A stretch of DNA of 64,000 nt from Aulosira sp. ZfuVER01 (GTDB taxonomy: Bacteria; Cyanobacteriota; Cyanobacteriia; Cyanobacteriales; Nostocaceae), in NCBI GenBank assembly GCA_034530615.2, contig JAVRCV020000010.1, forward strand, positions 1-64,000. Direction: 5' to 3'. A program made the position numbers and the translations under genes. A model generated the notes under the pieces. It did no database searches and was not told the origin of the DNA. It saw nothing but the letters and a program-made list of their open reading frames with translations. This document shows, in pieces, positions 49,988-60,455 of the stretch. Numbering within the stretch: the stretch's first letter is position 1; the number at the start of each line of letters is the position of its first letter.

Positions 49988-51721
49988 CTATAGATGGTAT
50001 TTGGTTTCTGCCAGGTGATACAACCGTCGCCAAAATAAGCGATTAAAACCAACCACATATAAACTCATCATCCCAATTCCCAAGGTAATGCGCGGCCAGT
50101 CACCATCTGTGGTTGCTTGGGCAATATATGCTCCTAACCCAGTTGCGGTTAAGGTAGTTTGTCCCCAAGTAACGATTTCAGAAACAATGCTGGCGTTCCA
50201 TGCTCCGCCACTGGCAGTTACACCACCTGTCACCCAAGAAGAGAAAATGCCGGGGATGATTAATTTCTGCCATAATTTCCAGCCATGTAAGCCTACATCT
50301 TTTGCCATTTCCCGCAAATCTGTAGGTACACTCATAGCTCCAGCGATGGAATTAAAGAGAATGTACCATTGCGCGCCCAGAGACATCAACAAGATACTAC
50401 CGAAATCGATGCTGATGTGGGTGCGAATAAAGAACAAGGTGGCAAAGGGAAAGATGAAGTTGGCAGGAAAGGATGCCAAAAACTGCACTACAGGCTGCAA
50501 TAGACGTGCTAACTTAGGGTTAAAGCCGATCGCAACACCAATTGGTGTCCAAATAAGTGTTGCTATGACCAGCAATACCAGCACACGTACCAAGGTGAGT
50601 AACCCTAACAAAAATGCTTTGATGACTTCACCTAAACCCACTGTGGTGAGAATAAAGTGCAATCCGGTGATGAAAAGTGCGCCAATGACTACTAATAAGA
50701 CAAAATTGTAGAGGCGATCGCTCAATACCTGTCGATTTTCATCTACATTTTGGATGGGACGCGGTGGAGTCAAAGATGATAGTAGGCGGTTAATCGCTTC
50801 TCCCACTGGTGTCAACGCCTGAGCCATTAAACTGGGAAGTCGAGCAGTTTTGATTAAATCCAAAAGCCAAGACTCTGGTGCTTCTGCTGATGCACTCGTC
50901 TCTAAGCGAAACTTATCAGACCAAGCAATCAACGGTCGCCAAAATAGTTGGTCTGTCAATAAAATCACTATTGCAATGGTCAGTAATGCCCAGCCTAAAG
51001 CGGGTAAGTCTTCTTTGGCAACGGCAGCTGCCACATAAGAACCCAGTCCTGGCAAGGTATAATCTCGGTTCAAGACGCTGATAGCTTCACTCGCGGCGAC
51101 AAAGAACCAGCCGCCGCCAAAACTCATCATCGCATTCCACAGCAGCCCAATCATCGCTGAAGGTACTTCTAATTTTGTGAACCTTTGCCATGCCGATAAG
51201 CGATAAAGTCTGGCGGCTTCATCAAGTTCTGGTGCTACTGTTCTCAGGGATTGGTAGAACGAAAATGTCATGTTCCAGACTTGGCTGGTAAATATCGCAA
51301 AAATTGATGCGGCTTCTAATCCCAATAAACTACCGGGAAACAGAGCGATAAAACCTGTGACTGTAATTGATAGAAAACCCAAGACGGGAACTGACTGTAA
51401 AATATCGAGCAAAGGAATTAAAATTTGTTCTGCCCGCCGATTTTTGGCAGCAACGTAGCCATATATAAGAGTAAACAAAGTTGAGAATAACAGGGCAATA
51501 AACATTCTGAGTGTCGAACGCCCTGCATAATATGGCAAATTAATTGGATCTAAACTGATACTAGGTACGACATCTGGCGGTACAAAGCTGATCAGCGTCC
51601 CTGCACCCACACGGGCAATTAGTCCTACTAATACTAATGTACCGAGAATCAGGGCAACGTCAGCTAGACCAAATGGGAAGCGTCGTAACGCTTCTGGCGA
51701 GGGGAAAGTCCGCCTCAGCAT
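49988..51721 (-). CDS. ABC transporter permease (duplicated TM domain)
   Basis: Two BPD_transp-like halves (LDILQSVP / QFLASFPAN), co-oriented with the ATPase. Confidence 0.9.
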   Translation of the reverse strand: MLRRTFPSPEALRRFPFGLADVALILGTLVLVGLIARVGAGTLISFVPPDVVPSISLDPINLPYYAGRSTLRMFIALLFSTLFTLIYGYVAAKNRRAEQILIPLLDILQSVPVLGFLSITVTGFIALFPGSLLGLEAASIFAIFTSQVWNMTFSFYQSLRTVAPELDEAARLYRLSAWQRFTKLEVPSAMIGLLWNAMMSFGGGWFFVAASEAISVLNRDYTLPGLGSYVAAAVAKEDLPALGWALLTIAIVILLTDQLFWRPLIAWSDKFRLETSASAEAPESWLLDLIKTARLPSLMAQALTPVGEAINRLLSSLTPPRPIQNVDENRQVLSDRLYNFVLLVVIGALFITGLHFILTTVGLGEVIKAFLLGLLTLVRVLVLLVIATLIWTPIGVAIGFNPKLARLLQPVVQFLASFPANFIFPFATLFFIRTHISIDFGSILLMSLGAQWYILFNSIAGAMSVPTDLREMAKDVGLHGWKLWQKLIIPGIFSSWVTGGVTASGGAWNASIVSEIVTWGQTTLTATGLGAYIAQATTDGDWPRITLGIGMMSLYVVGFNRLFWRRLYHLAETKYHL

Positions 51722-52139
51722 GATATTAGCTCCCTTTGTTCAGCAAGCAGTCTCTTTGGTTACACCAATATCACATTAATTTCAGCTTCTACAAGTATTT
51801 TCTTAGTTGTGAGATATATGATATTTTGTTTGATTGAGTCAACTCCAGTAAAGTGAAATAGGCAGTTAAAAACCGCGTTTACTGAAATTCATCAATTTGA
51901 GCGATCGCCATATTTTAAGTTAAGTATTATAAAGGTGTTTCTAAAAACCACTCATAACCTGCTTTCAACTTAGGTTTAGCATCTTGTTCAATTATGATGC
52001 CATGCGCCATGACGATCCGTTCAAAATCTCAACTGAGAAGCTGTTGACTTGAACGCTTGACTTTGATTTTATCAGCAAAAGATAAATGGTGTTTTAGAGC
52101 ATACATCAGAATTTTTTCAATGCTAAGGTCTAGCCTTTG

Positions 52140-52919
52140 CTATTCAGATTTAAAACTTCTAGCTAACATATTCAGCAAAATTTTTCGTGGTACTATTCTC
52201 GCTAATATAGTTCTAATTTGAGTTTTTATATCGCCAATGACAACGGCTGGCTGCCAATTTTCCAAAGCTTTAAGCGATATTTGTACCACTTCTTCACTAG
52301 TAAACATTTGCTCTGTACTTCCTGCCAACATTGGAGGAAAATTAGCTTCGGTAAAAAAGTTAGTTTCTATAGGGCCTGGACAAGTAACAAGAACACGAAT
52401 CCCATAGGAACGATTTTCTGCCCATAGTGCCTGGCTAAAGCTGACAATAAAAGCTTTGCTGGCAGCATACACAGAAAGATATGGCATTGGTTGAAATGCG
52501 GTAATTGAAGATACATTAATAATGCTTCCCGATTGACGTTGCCGCATTAAAGGGAGAAATTTATGGGTTAAATCTACTAAAGCCAGAATATTTAATTGCA
52601 CTATCTTGACTTGCTTTTCTCCATGAGAACTAGCAAAATCACCATAATCACCAAAACCTGCATTATTGATTAATAAGTCAATTGTTAATCCCTTTGCTTG
52701 GGTAACATCAAAAACTTCTTGAGCAGCATGAGTTTCTGTCAGGTCTTTAACTATAACTTCTACTTGAATATTGTAATTTTCTTGTAATTCCTTGGTTAGT
52801 TGATGCAGTTTCTCTTGTGAACGTGCAACTAAAACAAGATTTGTATTTCGTGCTGCTAGTTGTTGGGCAAAGGCTTTACCAATACCACTAGAGGCACCTG
52901 TAATTAAAGCAGTTGGCAT
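52140..52919 (-). CDS. Short-chain dehydrogenase/reductase
   Basis: TGASSGIG, NNAG, YAASK. Confidence 0.95.
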   Translation of the reverse strand: MPTALITGASSGIGKAFAQQLAARNTNLVLVARSQEKLHQLTKELQENYNIQVEVIVKDLTETHAAQEVFDVTQAKGLTIDLLINNAGFGDYGDFASSHGEKQVKIVQLNILALVDLTHKFLPLMRQRQSGSIINVSSITAFQPMPYLSVYAASKAFIVSFSQALWAENRSYGIRVLVTCPGPIETNFFTEANFPPMLAGSTEQMFTSEEVVQISLKALENWQPAVVIGDIKTQIRTILARIVPRKILLNMLARSFKSE

Positions 52920-53083
52920 TCTAGGTATTTTGATAAAAGTTAGAGAGGTTTATAGATAGTAACAATAGTTATTGCTATTTTTAACCATCTAGAGTTATAT
53001 GCCAAAAAGTCCAACACTCAGACTCAAGGATATAGTAATTTTTTAGTGCTAAGGGGGAATACTAGAGTCATAAGTTACATCTT

Positions 53084-54583
53084 ATGTCTATGTATAGATT
53101 AAATAAAAGAGCCTTACAGATTTTGCTTGCTGAAGTTCAAAGATGTAGTGGTAACGATCAGGTAAGCAAAATTGAGCAAGAAATAGTAATTAAGCGCTTA
53201 GAACAACTTTCCATAGAAAAAGGTTCTTCGGCTAAGTTAGATGAATTGCGGGATAGTGTTATCGATATCTATCCGCAATTTAGCGATAAGGTACTCAAAC
53301 AAGCTGCAAAAACTAATCAACCACCTGGTCTTTTGAAGACTATAAAATGGGCAACTATACTTTTGGGCAGTTCAGCAGGAATGCTGTGGGTAATAAATTT
53401 GCCTTACCCAATGATTCGCTGGCCTGTTGCCAAAACTGTTCCAATTCTGTTATTGCCTAGCTATCTGAATATGGATTATCACTATCGTGAAGCAATTAAA
53501 AACCTGGAACAAGCAGACCAGTTAATTAATCAAGCTACTAGTCCGTATGATATTGAGCAAGGTTCTCAGAAAGCTAAAGAGGCACAAAAAAATCTGGATA
53601 ATTTGCCAGTTTGGTTTTTAGGATACTATCCTCAAACTTACTGTAATTTTTTTGGTTGCATTTGGAAGTTTACCGTAGATGAGTTTGAAACAGCTAGGCG
53701 GCGGGTAGCGCGAATAGATGCGATCGCTTTTCAAGATCGGAATGCTTTTACACCCCTAGCACAGGGAGAAATGGCGCTCAAACTCTCACGCCAGCAACAC
53801 GAACAAGCTACCAGTATTAAGGATAAAGAACTAGCGATCGCATCTTGGCAAGCAGCTATAGATCAATTAGAAGAAATCCCCGAAGCCACATTTGCAGGAG
53901 AAACTGCAAAAACTAAACTCAAAGCTTACAAACGCGATCTTGATAACGCACGTATCGGCACATTTATTGCTGCTGCTCAAGAATTTGATTTGGAAGCGGA
54001 AAAAATCCAATCAATACAACCCAAAACCGCAACAGAATTATGGGAACAGGCGATTAAGCGCCTCAACCAAATCCCAACAGAAAATCCGCGCTATTTAGAA
54101 GCACAACGATTACTAGCTGGTTATCAAGTAAAACTCAAAACAGTAGCCGATCCTCGTAGCGGTACATATATTGAAGCAGCCAAAGAATTTGCGATCGCAG
54201 CTGCTAAAGCATCACAAAATCCACCCCACCCTGTAGTTAAGTGGGAGCAAATTGAAAAATTGTGGCAAAAGTCAATCGATCAACTAGAAAAGATTCGAGT
54301 TGAAGAACCAGGCTATGTAGCAGCGCAAAAATTATTGGCAGAGTATCAAACTAATTTAGGTATTATCGAAACTCGCCGGAAAGACGAAAATGAAGCACAA
54401 GCATCGTTGCAAGAAGCTAATGAGCAAATCCAAAGTTTAATAGCTTCTGCTCCCACCGATCCGCAGCAGCTAAAAGGTAAAATCCAAGGCGTTATCAATC
54501 GGCTGAAAACTATTAAAGCCGGGACAACTGCCTACGCAGAAGCACAAATACTGCTCGTATCTGCTCAGAAAAGACTGCAATAG
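53084..54583 (+). CDS. Membrane-anchored helical-repeat hypothetical protein
   Basis: One TM segment (INLPYPMIR follows) and repeated W..AI..L..IP...Y..AQ..L..Y units. Confidence 0.8.
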   Translation: MSMYRLNKRALQILLAEVQRCSGNDQVSKIEQEIVIKRLEQLSIEKGSSAKLDELRDSVIDIYPQFSDKVLKQAAKTNQPPGLLKTIKWATILLGSSAGMLWVINLPYPMIRWPVAKTVPILLLPSYLNMDYHYREAIKNLEQADQLINQATSPYDIEQGSQKAKEAQKNLDNLPVWFLGYYPQTYCNFFGCIWKFTVDEFETARRRVARIDAIAFQDRNAFTPLAQGEMALKLSRQQHEQATSIKDKELAIASWQAAIDQLEEIPEATFAGETAKTKLKAYKRDLDNARIGTFIAAAQEFDLEAEKIQSIQPKTATELWEQAIKRLNQIPTENPRYLEAQRLLAGYQVKLKTVADPRSGTYIEAAKEFAIAAAKASQNPPHPVVKWEQIEKLWQKSIDQLEKIRVEEPGYVAAQKLLAEYQTNLGIIETRRKDENEAQASLQEANEQIQSLIASAPTDPQQLKGKIQGVINRLKTIKAGTTAYAEAQILLVSAQKRLQ

Positions 54584-54684
54584 TAACATCAAGCCGTTGC
54601 ACGTCTACACCTGATTGCATGGGGCATCGGTGAAATACTTGCTTCTCTTAAACAGGTATGATATGGTTGATAATCGTGAGTTGA

Positions 54685-54758
<74 letters not shown>

Positions 54759-55002
54759 TTTGTTTTTATCAATTGCCAAATTATTTGTGTGTGATTTAAA
54801 GCATAACATTGCCGCAACGACAAGCTTATGGGTAAAGTCACAATTGTTGCCATCCAAACTAAATTAAGTATCTTCAAGTTATCTAAAGGAATAGTAGCTG
54901 CTATTTAGGCAAATGAGGTTGCTTAAAAAATATCACGTTTAATAGTAGAGCAACTTAATTCCCGAAATAGTATTTATTGATTGAGAGCGTTGATTGACAA
55001 GT

Positions 55003-55031
55003 GCGTAGGCGCAGCCCGCCGTAGGCATCGC
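55003..55031. repeat. 21-bp element inserted in a HIP1 site (SDR5-type)
   Basis: GCG[TAGGCGCAGCCCGCCGTAGGC]ATCGC; removing the 21 nt restores GCGATCGC. Confidence 0.8.
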
Positions 55032-55151
55032 ATACTTACGGCTAGCTCAAGCTGCTCACTGCCATGTAAAATTTTTGTGAGATAAATTTTTGACTACCTA
55101 AGCCCTAAGTTAAATCTACAACGCCCAACTATTAGCGTTTTTAATAAGATT

Positions 55152-57044
55152 ATGGTGCAAATGTCTTCATCCCATTCCGATCTTGAAGCTCAAGCTACAA
55201 AAGCTGCTGCTGGTTTCCATACTGAAACAGTTGCATCCGAAACTATTTCTGATTTTGAGTTTCTCTTTACTAGAGCGATTGAATTTCGCCAAGAAACCAT
55301 TTACTTCATCATTGTAGACCGTTTTCATGATGGAGATCCCAGCAATAATGAAGGCACTCATCCAGAACTTTACGACCCCAATAAGCAAAAGTGGGGTAAA
55401 TATTGGGGTGGAGATTTGCAAGGAATTATTGACAAGCTAGATTATCTCAAAAATCTAGGAGTGACAGCAATCTGGATTTCTCCATTATTTGAGCAAGTAG
55501 AAGCATTGCAATTTGATAATGCGGCAATGCATGGCTACTGGACAAAAGATTTTAAACGAATTAATCCGCGCTTTCTAGCTCCTAACGAGGAAAATTCTTT
55601 ATTTAAGAGTAGTACTTTTGATCAATTAATTTCTGGCTTACATGAGCGAGGCATGAAGCTAATTTTAGATATTGTTTGTAATCACAGCAGTCCTGATGTG
55701 AATGGTGTCAAAGGGCAACTTTACGAAGATGGTGTGTTAATTGCGGATTATTATAATGATGTTAACCATTGGTATCATCACAATCCAGAAATTACAGATT
55801 GGGAAGATGAATATCAATTGCTTTATTATGAAATGTCAGGATTGGCAACTTTTAATGAAAGCAATTCTGACTATCGCCATTATATTAAAACTGCAATTAA
55901 GCAATGGTTAGATAAGGGGGTTGATGCTTTACGAGTTGATACAGTAAAGCACATGCCTATATGGTTTTGGCAGGAATTTAATAGCGATATTCAAACTCAT
56001 AAACCTTCGGTATTTATCTTTGGTGAGTGGGGTTTTAGCAATCCTAGAAAGAACAGTTCAGTTAAATTTGCCAATGAGTCTGGAATGTCAATTTTAGACT
56101 TTGGTTTATGTGAGGGAATTCGCCAAGCTTTGGCTCAAAATGCAGCAGGGGGATTTCATTTAGTTCAAGATGTTTTAAATCTAGATCATCTTTACAATAC
56201 GGCAACAGAATTGATTACCTTTATTGATAATCATGATATGCCGCGATTTCAAAGTATAAATTCCGATCCAGGATTGTTGCGATTAGCGATGGCGTTGATT
56301 ATAACTAGTCGCGGGATTCCTTGTATTTATTATGGAACTGAGCAATATCTCCACAATGATACTAATGGCGGAAATGACCCTTATAATCGTCCAATCATGG
56401 AGAAATGGGACACAGATACACAGCTTTACCAAGATATCCAATTATTATCTAAATTGCGGCGTTTAAATCCTGCTGTTTCCCTAGGGAGTCAGAAACAGAA
56501 ATATATTACTCCTAATGTTTATTGCTATCTGCGGAGTTATCGAGATTATCGTTGTTTAGTAGCGATGAATAAAGGTGATGCAATTACTATTGATGTAGAC
56601 AATTCAGAATTAGAAGATGGGGAATATAACTGTATAGTAACGCAGCGCCAAATTGAAGTTAAAAATGGCAAAATTTTAGGATTAACGCTAAATCCTAAGG
56701 AGCTAATTGTCCTGAGTTATTTGGGTGAACGGGTAAAGGGTAAAACAATTGTGAGGGCACAGGTAAATGGTTTGAGAACCCAACCTGGGGATACAGTTGT
56801 GGTGACAGGTGATTGCCCAGAGTTAGGTAATTGGGATATTAGCAAAGCTTACGCTTTAGAATATATCAATGAAAATACTTGGTTTGGGGAAATACCATTT
56901 AATGAGAGTGCTGGAAAAGCAATATGCTACAAGTATGCTCTCTTGAGAGAAAATCAACCATCTCTGCGAGAAAATCTTGTGAGCCGTCGCTGGATTTTAG
57001 CGGATAAAGGTACTGTTAAATGGCGGGATACTTGGGCTAGTTAA
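55152..57044 (+). CDS. GH13 alpha-amylase/CGTase-like protein with C-terminal CBM20
   Basis: DRF.DGD, WGGDLQG, HGYW, LRVDTVKH, FGEW, FIDNHD; CBM20 motif G...ELGNWD. Confidence 0.92.
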   Translation: MVQMSSSHSDLEAQATKAAAGFHTETVASETISDFEFLFTRAIEFRQETIYFIIVDRFHDGDPSNNEGTHPELYDPNKQKWGKYWGGDLQGIIDKLDYLKNLGVTAIWISPLFEQVEALQFDNAAMHGYWTKDFKRINPRFLAPNEENSLFKSSTFDQLISGLHERGMKLILDIVCNHSSPDVNGVKGQLYEDGVLIADYYNDVNHWYHHNPEITDWEDEYQLLYYEMSGLATFNESNSDYRHYIKTAIKQWLDKGVDALRVDTVKHMPIWFWQEFNSDIQTHKPSVFIFGEWGFSNPRKNSSVKFANESGMSILDFGLCEGIRQALAQNAAGGFHLVQDVLNLDHLYNTATELITFIDNHDMPRFQSINSDPGLLRLAMALIITSRGIPCIYYGTEQYLHNDTNGGNDPYNRPIMEKWDTDTQLYQDIQLLSKLRRLNPAVSLGSQKQKYITPNVYCYLRSYRDYRCLVAMNKGDAITIDVDNSELEDGEYNCIVTQRQIEVKNGKILGLTLNPKELIVLSYLGERVKGKTIVRAQVNGLRTQPGDTVVVTGDCPELGNWDISKAYALEYINENTWFGEIPFNESAGKAICYKYALLRENQPSLRENLVSRRWILADKGTVKWRDTWAS

Positions 57045-57166
57045 GTAATACCAATTCACGAAAATCCCGATCCAGATAGATTTTTCCTAGGGGTTTAGCA
57101 ATGCTAAACACTCTACAACGTGGGTTTAATTACTATCAAACAATGATGAATAAGTGGAGTAGTTTG

Positions 57167-59620
57167 TTATTGGATAAAAGGATTATTTGGCTCTCCCAAA
57201 CGTAACCAAACTTGAAAGACGTTATCTTTGACACTTGACTCTTGCCCAGAAGAATCAGCACCTAAGTCATATTCATTGTTAGCCCACAAGAATGTTAGTG
57301 TGGGACTATTGTATTTCTTGCCCAATTTGAATTGAGCGCTAGCTCCATACTGAGAGCGAGCAGAATTTTCATTTATGGGGGTGTAGTAAGCCGACAATTG
57401 CAAATTATCCCCCAAGTTAGCTGCTATATCAGCTACAAGGGTATTTTTCACAGAATTAGGCATTATATCTCCAAAATAGTTAATTAAACCCACGGAAAAA
57501 TCTCCGAGATTAGCTCTTGCACCTACTGTTAACGAACTACCAGATAAATCCATCACAGCGTTACCAATACGGCTTGGTTGATCAAGTGCATAATTTAATC
57601 CGGTAGATAGGAATAAATTGGCATTTTGACTGAGGCTAATTTTTTGGGAGACACTGCCTATGACTTTACTATAGTAGTCATAATCGGGGTTAAGATAGGC
57701 AATTCCTCCTAAGCTATAATTCAAACCGCTTGGGGTATTTTTGGTAAAATCTGTACCAAGATAAGCTTTAATTTCTTGGGCACCAATTACACCTGCATAA
57801 TATCTAAAAACATCTTCTCCTTTTGTAGTATTGCCAGTAAAGCTAAGATGTGGAAAATAACTGGTTTCTTCTGTGAATTTGCTAGTTCTCAAAGCATTCA
57901 CGTCTTGAAGAAACATTTTGAGATAGATTTGAGTGTAAAAATTTTGCAGGTTAGCAGTGGAGATACTTTGGTGATTAAACAGAGAGATAAAATTCACATT
58001 TGATTCATATCCTCCTTCTGCACCTGCGTCAACTATAGTTCGCTGCGGCCCGGTAACTTCATAATAAGTATCCTCGGATAAACTACGCTTTGTGATTGGC
58101 GAAAGACCAATCCAGATACTATTAAATTTAGCACTGGGCAATTTTTGCTGGTCTGTTACTTCCGGTGATGTACTTTTAGCTTCTCCAATACCAGCATGAT
58201 AGAAAGTAAAACTGTTGGCTGGTAGTCGTGCATTATTAGCAGCAAAAAATAAATTATAGTTTACATTTTTATTTGGGGGATTTGTCCCACCTGCAATTTG
58301 AGGATTCGCATCTGGTAAGAGTAAATTTCCCAGTTGTACAGCAGAATTGAGCAGTCTATTTTCGTCATTTGCTATCAATCCAAAACCGCGTACTGTCCTA
58401 CCAATAACAGCTTCTTTATCGTTAGCTCTCACTACTTGTCTAACTGTAGAATACATTCCTAAAGGTGTGTTTTCAATTTGTTCTTTTCTAGTTGCCGATA
58501 TGATATCGCTAGATGATACAGTACCGACATTCGGAAAATATAAATCTACACCTATTTCTTGACCATTGGCTCCTGTTTGGAAACCAGGCTGTTTCATCGC
58601 ATCTAATGATGCTGTTTCTACCACATCTCCGAACTTAGAAGTTTGGTTAATGCGCGTTGGCATTAATGTTTCAGGGTCAATGGCATTTTTGTCAGTAATA
58701 ATTCCCGGAGTGTATGTACATTGCTGGTCAGAATTTGATAAACAGTTAGCAGTAAGGCTTAATTGGATTTCTGTACCCATGATAGTCTCAGCGTTTTTTT
58801 TGGCAACTGTAACTTCCCTAGATGTTCTTACTGTTTGCAGTTGTAAATAGCTACCTTTTTGCTCAACAGTAAAAATGTTATTTTTGGTCAAACTTGCTTC
58901 AATTTGACTGTTAAGTTTAATAATACCGTTGACATCGAAAGTTTGATTTTGCTGATTGCTGAAACTGCTACCTCCAGTAAATTCCCATTCTGTTAAGTGA
59001 CTGATAGGTGAGCCATTTAGCAGCATTGTAGTTGTGAAGGCTGGCACTTTTTCTTTGGCAATTACTCTAGGTGGAATAATGTAATTGGAATCTGCTGGCT
59101 TAGATGCTGGTGGTTTCTCTAATACTGGTTTTTGAAGCAGTTCAATAACTGTGGGCGATTTTGTTGGAGAATCAGATGTTGGAGTTTGCTGTTGCTTTTG
59201 AATTTGCTCTAATTTGTGAGGCTGACAAAATTCAGAATTACTAAGTTTTGGTTCTAATGTCTCTATTTGAGTAAATTCAGGTGTGCCTAATTGGGGTGGA
59301 ATGCAGCGATGAGAATTACTCGTTTGTTGTTCCAAATCCGCTAACTTTAATTGCTGTGCGGAATTAGATATTTCTGATGGGGAATTACTTTCAAACTCGG
59401 GGGGAGAACTTAAAGATTCCGGTTCGGAAATTGGCACTGCGAGATTGCTAGTACTTTCCACATTATCTGGAAGATGATTGGCAAGTGCTTCTGGCTTGCT
59501 AGCATTCACTGAATTTCCTAATTCCGCAGCCAATACTTTTTCACCGCATAATTGTTTTGGCAGAACAGATGCAGTAACTAACAACAATATTAAGCGTGAT
59601 TTATTTGTAGTTATATTCAT
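57167..59620 (-). CDS. Large secreted hypothetical protein, C-terminal half beta-barrel-like
   Basis: Likely start MNITTNK with a hydrophobic leader. Low-complexity linker, then alternating beta-strand pattern. Confidence 0.7.
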   Translation of the reverse strand: MNITTNKSRLILLLVTASVLPKQLCGEKVLAAELGNSVNASKPEALANHLPDNVESTSNLAVPISEPESLSSPPEFESNSPSEISNSAQQLKLADLEQQTSNSHRCIPPQLGTPEFTQIETLEPKLSNSEFCQPHKLEQIQKQQQTPTSDSPTKSPTVIELLQKPVLEKPPASKPADSNYIIPPRVIAKEKVPAFTTTMLLNGSPISHLTEWEFTGGSSFSNQQNQTFDVNGIIKLNSQIEASLTKNNIFTVEQKGSYLQLQTVRTSREVTVAKKNAETIMGTEIQLSLTANCLSNSDQQCTYTPGIITDKNAIDPETLMPTRINQTSKFGDVVETASLDAMKQPGFQTGANGQEIGVDLYFPNVGTVSSSDIISATRKEQIENTPLGMYSTVRQVVRANDKEAVIGRTVRGFGLIANDENRLLNSAVQLGNLLLPDANPQIAGGTNPPNKNVNYNLFFAANNARLPANSFTFYHAGIGEAKSTSPEVTDQQKLPSAKFNSIWIGLSPITKRSLSEDTYYEVTGPQRTIVDAGAEGGYESNVNFISLFNHQSISTANLQNFYTQIYLKMFLQDVNALRTSKFTEETSYFPHLSFTGNTTKGEDVFRYYAGVIGAQEIKAYLGTDFTKNTPSGLNYSLGGIAYLNPDYDYYSKVIGSVSQKISLSQNANLFLSTGLNYALDQPSRIGNAVMDLSGSSLTVGARANLGDFSVGLINYFGDIMPNSVKNTLVADIAANLGDNLQLSAYYTPINENSARSQYGASAQFKLGKKYNSPTLTFLWANNEYDLGADSSGQESSVKDNVFQVWLRLGEPNNPFIQ

Positions 59621-60455
59621 AATTATGAAGAGAATTAACATAATTTTTGAGCCACAGCATTGTTGCACAAACAAGTCCAGATTGTGCAATTCTGGGCATC
59701 AGTCATAGTAAATACACTCTGAGCTTTGCAGTTTGAATTCTTCAGTCTGCAAGTGCAATAAAAATCAATGCTTAATCTCTGGAAATAAGCTGGCTTGCGA
59801 GTGTCTACATTCATCACATTTGATCTGTAAACAGCCGCTGGTTTTCTGGATAAAACTTCCCAAATTTTAGTTGTTCGCCTACGTCCATTCTGGGTTTTCA
59901 ATGGGTAGAAAGCGAATAAGTAGGTCGGGCAAAATTAAATGTAAAAGTGTAGCTAACTCATGGGGCAAGGTAATTAGCAATTACCAGATCAGCAGCAGCC
60001 CCATCTCATAATGCACATCTACAATTATTACTTCAGTGGAATTTCTATAACTTCCGGAAGATGTGGGAATCAATAGGCACAATTTTGGATGAGGAGATGA
60101 GGAAGACAGGGGGGACAAGGAAGCAGAGGGACGAAGACATCCTCATTGATGTCACCCAATCAGGTGAAGGCATACAAAATTACTAAAAGTTAATATCAAG
60201 AATGGTAAAGCAAATACTAAGTATAGTTTGGGGTAAAAGCGGAGGTTACTTAGACAGATTTAAGCTGGGAGGGAGGCAGAGTTGTTTAGAATTTCATTTG
60301 GGACAATTTGATGAAATCCTGCATTAATTAGCTTATTCTTCTAGTTTTTAGCTGTTTGATCGAGATTTAATCTAAAAGTTTTCAAACTTCAAATTCTTGC
60401 ATCCGTCTTTTAACACAAAGGTATTCCCAGAAAGTAATATTGATAGGCTTCTATC

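Noticed and set aside
50088..50711. 207-aa antisense ORF (representative of many shadow ORFs in the track)
   Set aside because: Lies wholly opposite a well-supported permease gene and has no motifs.
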